Origin: a virus
IMG/VR virus record: IMGVR_UViG_3300046753_000522
Location: 1 to 64,000 of that record
Direction: 5' to 3' (one strand)
DNA length: 64,000 nucleotides
In this document: positions 58,935 through 64,000 of the stretch, one piece after another
Numbering within the stretch: the first letter of the stretch is position 1
Layout of the letters: every line of letters starts with the position of its first letter
Notes under the pieces: model-generated
The model's input: only the letters and a program-made list of their open reading frames with translations
Told to the model about the DNA's origin: nothing
The model's database searches: none
Translations under genes and position numbers: made by a program

Positions 58935-61415
58935 TCAGTCAGTTATCTCAACAAGGTCGGCACCAGAGAACATCTTCCTGTTGAAGTATGTGCAAACTTT
59001 TTGCTCGAAAGTCGCCTTGTAGTCTTTCTCGATCTTTGGCATAACGACAATCAACTGCTGAGACATATTCCCATCGGGGCGAGTGATATCATAATCGAGA
59101 CTCAACTGGTCGAAGAAGAAAGTGTCTCGGATATACAAAGAAAGGTCAAAGGTGGCGCGATAGTCGATCTTACCTCTTGTGTTATAGAGAGTGTATACGA
59201 CAGCACGACCTTCGTACTTCAGTTGGTTGATTGGGAAAGCACCAGCAACGATAGACTTCTGGGTACTTCCACCATCTTCTTTGCGATATGGTTCGCGCCA
59301 GTATCTCTTCTGTACTGGTTCTTTCTCTTTATACTTTCTTCGGATACCGTTGGCAGGATTATAGTATGCTTCGGTGACTTGTAATCTGTGGTGCTTGAAG
59401 TCTGCGCATCCAGCAATGCCTTCCATCAACCACGCATGCAGGTAATACTGACGGGCAAGGTCTTGTCGATGTTTGATGATTGGCACAAACTCAAGACTGG
59501 TCATGGATCCAGGAGCACCAAAGAACTTCGAAACCGTACAAGACTTCGACAACTTGGTGCTGCTCGTAATCGGGGCATCGTATCGGTCTGGGTTGTAGAT
59601 GGGATCTGCAAGAATCGTACGAGTCAGCGCCTGCTTGTTCTTGGGCAGGAAGGTCTTGCTCGCCCTCTCGACAGGGTTTCCGAGAAGCGTGTAACCGAAC
59701 CTTGGAATAGGTTCACTCTGACCTGTTCGTTTGACCTCGTACGGAGGAGGAGGTGCTCCGATATTATACAAGGGATTCAGGCGATTTTCGTTCAATAGGG
59801 ACTCAATACACTTCGGACCGTCGGTCTGCATCTCGGGTGCGGTAACGATATCGCTCGCCCCATCCATCGTACGCAACTTCGACCGTATCTCCATTGTGTT
59901 GGGAGTCCAGTTGAAGTAGTAACTGTATGTGTCGATCTTGGCGATCTTGTCCTCAAGATAACCATCCTCGTCAACTTCAACCATACGCACAGCATACGGT
60001 GAAGTTTTCTGCCACACTTCCCACCACTGAGGGGGATTGGCGTAGTTCTTGAACAGAGGTTCATGCGGTGCGTTGGCATCTGGCCATTGCGCCATCAGGT
60101 TGACCGCATCGGGATCCTTTGGAGTTGTCCAACCCTCAGACCACATATCAACAGATGCATAGACCACGTGATTGTTCTTTGCTTCCCAACCCCAGTCAAA
60201 GATGTACTCAGGTTTCTCTTCGCCCTTCATGTCTGAAGAACCGTCATGGGTGTCGTCCCAATCATTAGTTGCAATGGGAAGTGCGGGGTAGTCGTGGTCG
60301 ATAGGCAGGTTAATTGCACCTGGACTACCGCCGAGAGAAACCGCCATCAGAGAACGATCAGCAGCACGTGCATGTTCTGCCCTGTAGCAATCATCTGCTC
60401 GATCAGCGTAATTTGCATAGTTGGAAATATGCGCGCTGTGTGCCTCTTCAGAATACTTTGCGAACTTTGAGGTCCATGCCTCGAGTGCGCGACCGACGAG
60501 GTTTCCGTGGAATACCGTGTCCTTGCCCTGACCGTCTTCACCGCCAGTGTAAAGTGAACCAAAGTAATGGAAGTCCGGACCACCGATCTTTCCCTTCTTG
60601 CCGATCACGCGTGTGTCTTCAGAAGAGAATGTCATGAACCCGCCACTGGTAGCAGTGAAATGAGACATTGCAGAGAAACGAATACCGCGTTTTGCGTTGG
60701 GGATAATATCGTTACCAGAGATCAACCGTAGATCTTTCTTCGTGATGATCTTATGTTCACTTGAACCATAGTCAAGGCGATCGCCCCAAACCTTTGTGTC
60801 CATATTACCCCGAACAATGGTTGAGTGCGTGTCACCCGTTTCGGTGATCAACGTTCCGTGTACCGAGTGGTTTTGATTGGCACCGACAGTGACGTTATAA
60901 TTGCCACCGACATGCATATTATAGTTGCCATTGACCGTCAGGTTGAGGTCGCCGTCATAGGTCAGGTTGCCTTCTCCCTGCACCACAAGTTCGTGGTCGG
61001 CACCAACGACTTGTACTTGGTGTGAACGAGATGAGATCAGTACTGAACCGTCTTGCTTGAGTTCAACGCCTGCGCCCGTATGGTGTTTGATTAATATGCG
61101 CTGGTTTCCTGGAGTGTCGTCCATCTCGAACGAGTGTCCAGTCAGAGTCTCGTTTGCCTGATTGAATGGGTAGATGGAGGTTGTCGCCATGGGTACGTCG
61201 AAGTTTGTGCCAACCGTGCTGCCCCGACTCCAAACTTCATTAATCTTGATTCCCATACTCGCACGATTGAGACTTGTACCGAACCAGTTTCCTCTGCGGG
61301 GAAACTCTCCAGTGGGGTCAGCAAATCCATCGATGGGTATACCAGTGGTGAGTTCTTTCTCTTCACCACCTTCTTCTTTGGCGCGTTGCGTTATCTTGTT
61401 ATTTCCTGTTGTCAT
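58935..61415 (-). CDS. Baseplate hub/spike protein (gp5 C-terminal part) with a degenerate peptidase-M15-like C-terminal domain
   Basis: YPFNQANETLTGHSFEMDDTPGNQRI...HHTG and VxGNYNxxV beta-helix repeats; no OB-fold or lysozyme recognisable. Confidence 0.8.
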   Translation of the reverse strand: MTTGNNKITQRAKEEGGEEKELTTGIPIDGFADPTGEFPRRGNWFGTSLNRASMGIKINEVWSRGSTVGTNFDVPMATTSIYPFNQANETLTGHSFEMDDTPGNQRILIKHHTGAGVELKQDGSVLISSRSHQVQVVGADHELVVQGEGNLTYDGDLNLTVNGNYNMHVGGNYNVTVGANQNHSVHGTLITETGDTHSTIVRGNMDTKVWGDRLDYGSSEHKIITKKDLRLISGNDIIPNAKRGIRFSAMSHFTATSGGFMTFSSEDTRVIGKKGKIGGPDFHYFGSLYTGGEDGQGKDTVFHGNLVGRALEAWTSKFAKYSEEAHSAHISNYANYADRADDCYRAEHARAADRSLMAVSLGGSPGAINLPIDHDYPALPIATNDWDDTHDGSSDMKGEEKPEYIFDWGWEAKNNHVVYASVDMWSEGWTTPKDPDAVNLMAQWPDANAPHEPLFKNYANPPQWWEVWQKTSPYAVRMVEVDEDGYLEDKIAKIDTYSYYFNWTPNTMEIRSKLRTMDGASDIVTAPEMQTDGPKCIESLLNENRLNPLYNIGAPPPPYEVKRTGQSEPIPRFGYTLLGNPVERASKTFLPKNKQALTRTILADPIYNPDRYDAPITSSTKLSKSCTVSKFFGAPGSMTSLEFVPIIKHRQDLARQYYLHAWLMEGIAGCADFKHHRLQVTEAYYNPANGIRRKYKEKEPVQKRYWREPYRKEDGGSTQKSIVAGAFPINQLKYEGRAVVYTLYNTRGKIDYRATFDLSLYIRDTFFFDQLSLDYDITRPDGNMSQQLIVVMPKIEKDYKATFEQKVCTYFNRKMFSGADLVEITD

Positions 61416-62894
61416 TTAAAACTTCTTATCCAGTACGTCGGGGTCTTTCTCTGATACCTGCGGACCTTCTCTTTCCAGTGCCTTCAGGATATCATCGGGT
61501 GAAAGGGCAGGGTCATTTAGCGGATCTGCATATAAACTCTGTTTATTGAAGTTGTTATATGCATAATCTCGAACGTCAAACCCTGGATCATCCTGTGAGG
61601 CATCTACGTCCATATGACCGAGTGCCTGACCTCCTGGGAATTGATCAAAGAAAGTCTTGAATACACAGTACAGGGTGCTGTACTGGGTAGAAGTAATTCC
61701 TCTCGCGCCAGACACTTCGTACAAATCTTCGGTGCCCGAGGCAACGTTCACGCCACCAACCAAGCACACACCAATAGAGTATGCGTTATGGTTGTTTGGT
61801 GGACAATGCGATCCTACTGAATTAACGGGAACACCTCTCTGTATCGAACCATCTCTCATAATAATTATGTGGTATGCGTTATCACCACTACCAGTCAGAT
61901 CTGTCAGGTTTTCTGCTGTCAGGTTTGCGTTAGTATATGTATCAGAATAATGAACAATGATTTCGCTGACGTCTCTTGTGATTGACGACATCTCTGATTC
62001 TAACTCTTCCAGCGAACTAATGTTATTGTCACCAAGTCCTGCTTGCAAACTACCGATACCGATCTCGTAGGGAGGAGGCATAGGAAGGTCATCGCTGGCA
62101 CCAACCGTACCAGCGAGGGTGGGAAGGTAGGATCCAAAAGTATTTGCCAAACTGTTTGTTGACACCACTGCGCCTGTCTGGGACTTAACTAATTCTGCGG
62201 CGACCGCATTTCTAAAACTCTGCGGAAGATTCTCAACAGGGATAGTGTCGGGGATGGGAGCACCACTCGGTGATGTCGTGCTCGTAAACTGACGAACTAC
62301 AGCAGCAGGTATTGCATCGGTGTTCAACGATCCGTTGCCACCCAAAAGGTCTGTCACTGCACTGGTAAGTTCGTTGTCAAAGCGAATTTGATTACCTTGA
62401 CCATCCAATATGCCCTGGACCGACTGATTCAATATCTTTCTCGTTTGGTTTGTTGCGTCCGCGACCATACCCTGCATAAATCCGTTGAAACCGAAGTTAT
62501 CGAGAACCTCGTCTACCTTGCCCGACTTCTCAAGAAGGTCAACGTTGTAACGACTTATCGCGGCATTCAGAGAACGAGAAACAACAAAGTCGATATCGGT
62601 TTCTACACCAAAGTTATTAAACACACCGTTAGACCTCAACGCATTCGTGAGGGTAGATCTAGTCATTCCAGGAGTTTGCGAGAGCAGAATGTCTGCTGCT
62701 CCCGTGTATGCCTCGTCAGGTATCTCACCGTTTGGTCCAATGCGATCTTGCATATCCGAGATGTAGTTGGTCAGGTTCGTCCTTGTTACGGGATCAAGGT
62801 TGCCATTAGAGAACTGATCAACGCCTGCCTTCGTGCCAGTCTTGATACTCTGAGCAATTATCTCGTTGAGATATGATTGATCTGGGATACTCAC
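61416..62894 (-). CDS. Virion-associated protein with a C-terminal N-acetylmuramoyl-L-alanine amidase (Amidase_2/T7 lysozyme-like) domain
   Basis: IIVHYS, AYHIIIMRDGSIQRG, GSH, SIGVCLVGG, GHMDV...DPGFDV. Confidence 0.85.
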   Translation of the reverse strand: MSIPDQSYLNEIIAQSIKTGTKAGVDQFSNGNLDPVTRTNLTNYISDMQDRIGPNGEIPDEAYTGAADILLSQTPGMTRSTLTNALRSNGVFNNFGVETDIDFVVSRSLNAAISRYNVDLLEKSGKVDEVLDNFGFNGFMQGMVADATNQTRKILNQSVQGILDGQGNQIRFDNELTSAVTDLLGGNGSLNTDAIPAAVVRQFTSTTSPSGAPIPDTIPVENLPQSFRNAVAAELVKSQTGAVVSTNSLANTFGSYLPTLAGTVGASDDLPMPPPYEIGIGSLQAGLGDNNISSLEELESEMSSITRDVSEIIVHYSDTYTNANLTAENLTDLTGSGDNAYHIIIMRDGSIQRGVPVNSVGSHCPPNNHNAYSIGVCLVGGVNVASGTEDLYEVSGARGITSTQYSTLYCVFKTFFDQFPGGQALGHMDVDASQDDPGFDVRDYAYNNFNKQSLYADPLNDPALSPDDILKALEREGPQVSEKDPDVLDKKF

Positions 62895-64000
62895 GTGCCT
62901 TCACCATATGGAACATTGTTCGGATTAAATCCTCGCTGTGCTCTCTCTTCGACCGGAACTTCGTTCGGCGGGAAGGTGCTTGGGTCAGTGACGTCAACAC
63001 CCGTCCTGTAGAAGTAAGCACGAGCATACTCGACGCTGTTCTTACCGCCCGAACCAGAGGGCACTTCGTTGATCGGAGACAAGAAGTCGAGTATCGCCTT
63101 CTTACCGCCCTTGACGAATCTGTGTCCTGGAATTGGCGGGTATGTCCCAACCTCTTCAATGATCTCGGGGATTTTGCCATCGTACATACCATTCTTATAC
63201 TCGTCGACATATCGGTCGAGCATATCATTTATCGCTTCTGGAGAAGAGGCACAGAAAATTCTATAAGGAAAATGATTACGCTCGTTGCCGATATGATAGA
63301 TGGCATCATCATTATCTGCATCTGATGCCTCGCCGTTTTTCTCCTTTACGATATCACTGCCTGTATGATACGTGATGGTCTCCATCATCCAGCAATCTGG
63401 TTCGGAGTACGCTGCGGTCGTACCGCCCTTTGGTGTATCAGTTCCCTGTAGAATATCTTGGTCTACGTCAGGTGTGTCATGCCACAAGTAACCGTGCTCC
63501 CAACCCTGATCACCCCAGTCAGGTGCAGGACCGAGTCGTTTGGCAGGTCTGTCCTTTGTGGGTTCAGGTTCATACCAGAACACGGGAGGAGGATCGTTCT
63601 TTGTTCTTTGGAATATATGCTTCTGCGTTCCACTGTAGTTTGTCTGGTGAAACTCATCATCATAGATGTGATCACCCGCCTCACCGTATCCGTCTTTGCT
63701 CTGCTCTGGCCAATACAACGGGAGTTCCATCTCGCCATGTACATATAAAATACCTGTGCCGTATGTCAGGTGGTCAATGTCAGGAACTTCTTCCGTCAGG
63801 GAGACCCAACCGTCAGCACGGTCAAAGTGATTGGGGCGATTATCGTTGTATGGTTTACCTAAAGAATTGAGATTACCAAACCTCTCGAAATCCCTTACAG
63901 CATATCGTCCGACATTTGAAAGGTTGTTGACAAACCACTTGCGTATTCGATCAGCATGATGCGCCTCAAGATCCCGTAGATTGATTCTATCAAACAGGTT
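62891..64000 (-). CDS. Hypothetical hub-region protein, 5'-truncated by the window edge
   Basis: The frame of the 279-aa ORF stays open from 63730 to 64000 when translated by hand. Confidence 0.7.
   Translation of the reverse strand, partial: NLFDRINLRDLEAHHADRIRKWFVNNLSNVGRYAVRDFERFGNLNSLGKPYNDNRPNHFDRADGWVSLTEEVPDIDHLTYGTGILYVHGEMELPLYWPEQSKDGYGEAGDHIYDDEFHQTNYSGTQKHIFQRTKNDPPPVFWYEPEPTKDRPAKRLGPAPDWGDQGWEHGYLWHDTPDVDQDILQGTDTPKGGTTAAYSEPDCWMMETITYHTGSDIVKEKNGEASDADNDDAIYHIGNERNHFPYRIFCASSPEAINDMLDRYVDEYKNGMYDGKIPEIIEEVGTYPPIPGHRFVKGGKKAILDFLSPINEVPSGSGGKNSVEYARAYFYRTGVDVTDPSTFPPNEVPVEERAQRGFNPNNVPYGEGT

Noticed and set aside
1-64000. The many plus-strand and alternative-frame ORFs in the track
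   Set aside because: They are shadows of long minus-strand genes that already tile the window, with no recognisable motifs or independent signals.
1-64000. Stop-codon reassignment
   Set aside because: The standard code yields full-length genes, and TAA, TAG and TGA all terminate genes.

Overview
The window is the virion-structure (late) region of a T4-superfamily myophage with the gene layout typical of marine T4-like phages. All credible genes are on the minus strand. From right to left: a truncated hypothetical gene, an amidase-domain protein, a gp5-like hub protein, gp25, gp6, gp7, a gp9/10-like protein, gp8 and a VrlC-like protein. An accessory block follows (fibre proteins, a glycosyltransferase, a 2OG-Fe(II)-like oxygenase, two F-x-G-x-R repeat proteins, a 2884-aa repeat protein), then gp13-14-15, a second fibre/adhesin block, gp16-17-18-19-20, two small prohead genes and gp21-22-23. 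Eight perfect T4 late promoters (TATAAATA) punctuate the block. The strongest candidate for an undescribed system is virion-surface modification. An Asp-Ser (DS, mostly DS[A/D/E/S/G]) motif is frequent in many unrelated exterior fibre, neck and baseplate proteins but absent from about 1,700 aa of hub/lytic proteins. A DxD glycosyltransferase and an oxygenase are embedded among the structural genes. Other unusual architectures are two proteins that look like giant folded-back beta-hairpins and a giant periodic protein next to a small, separately promoted subunit. Motif counts are by hand and gene identities come from motif recognition and synteny, not database searches.
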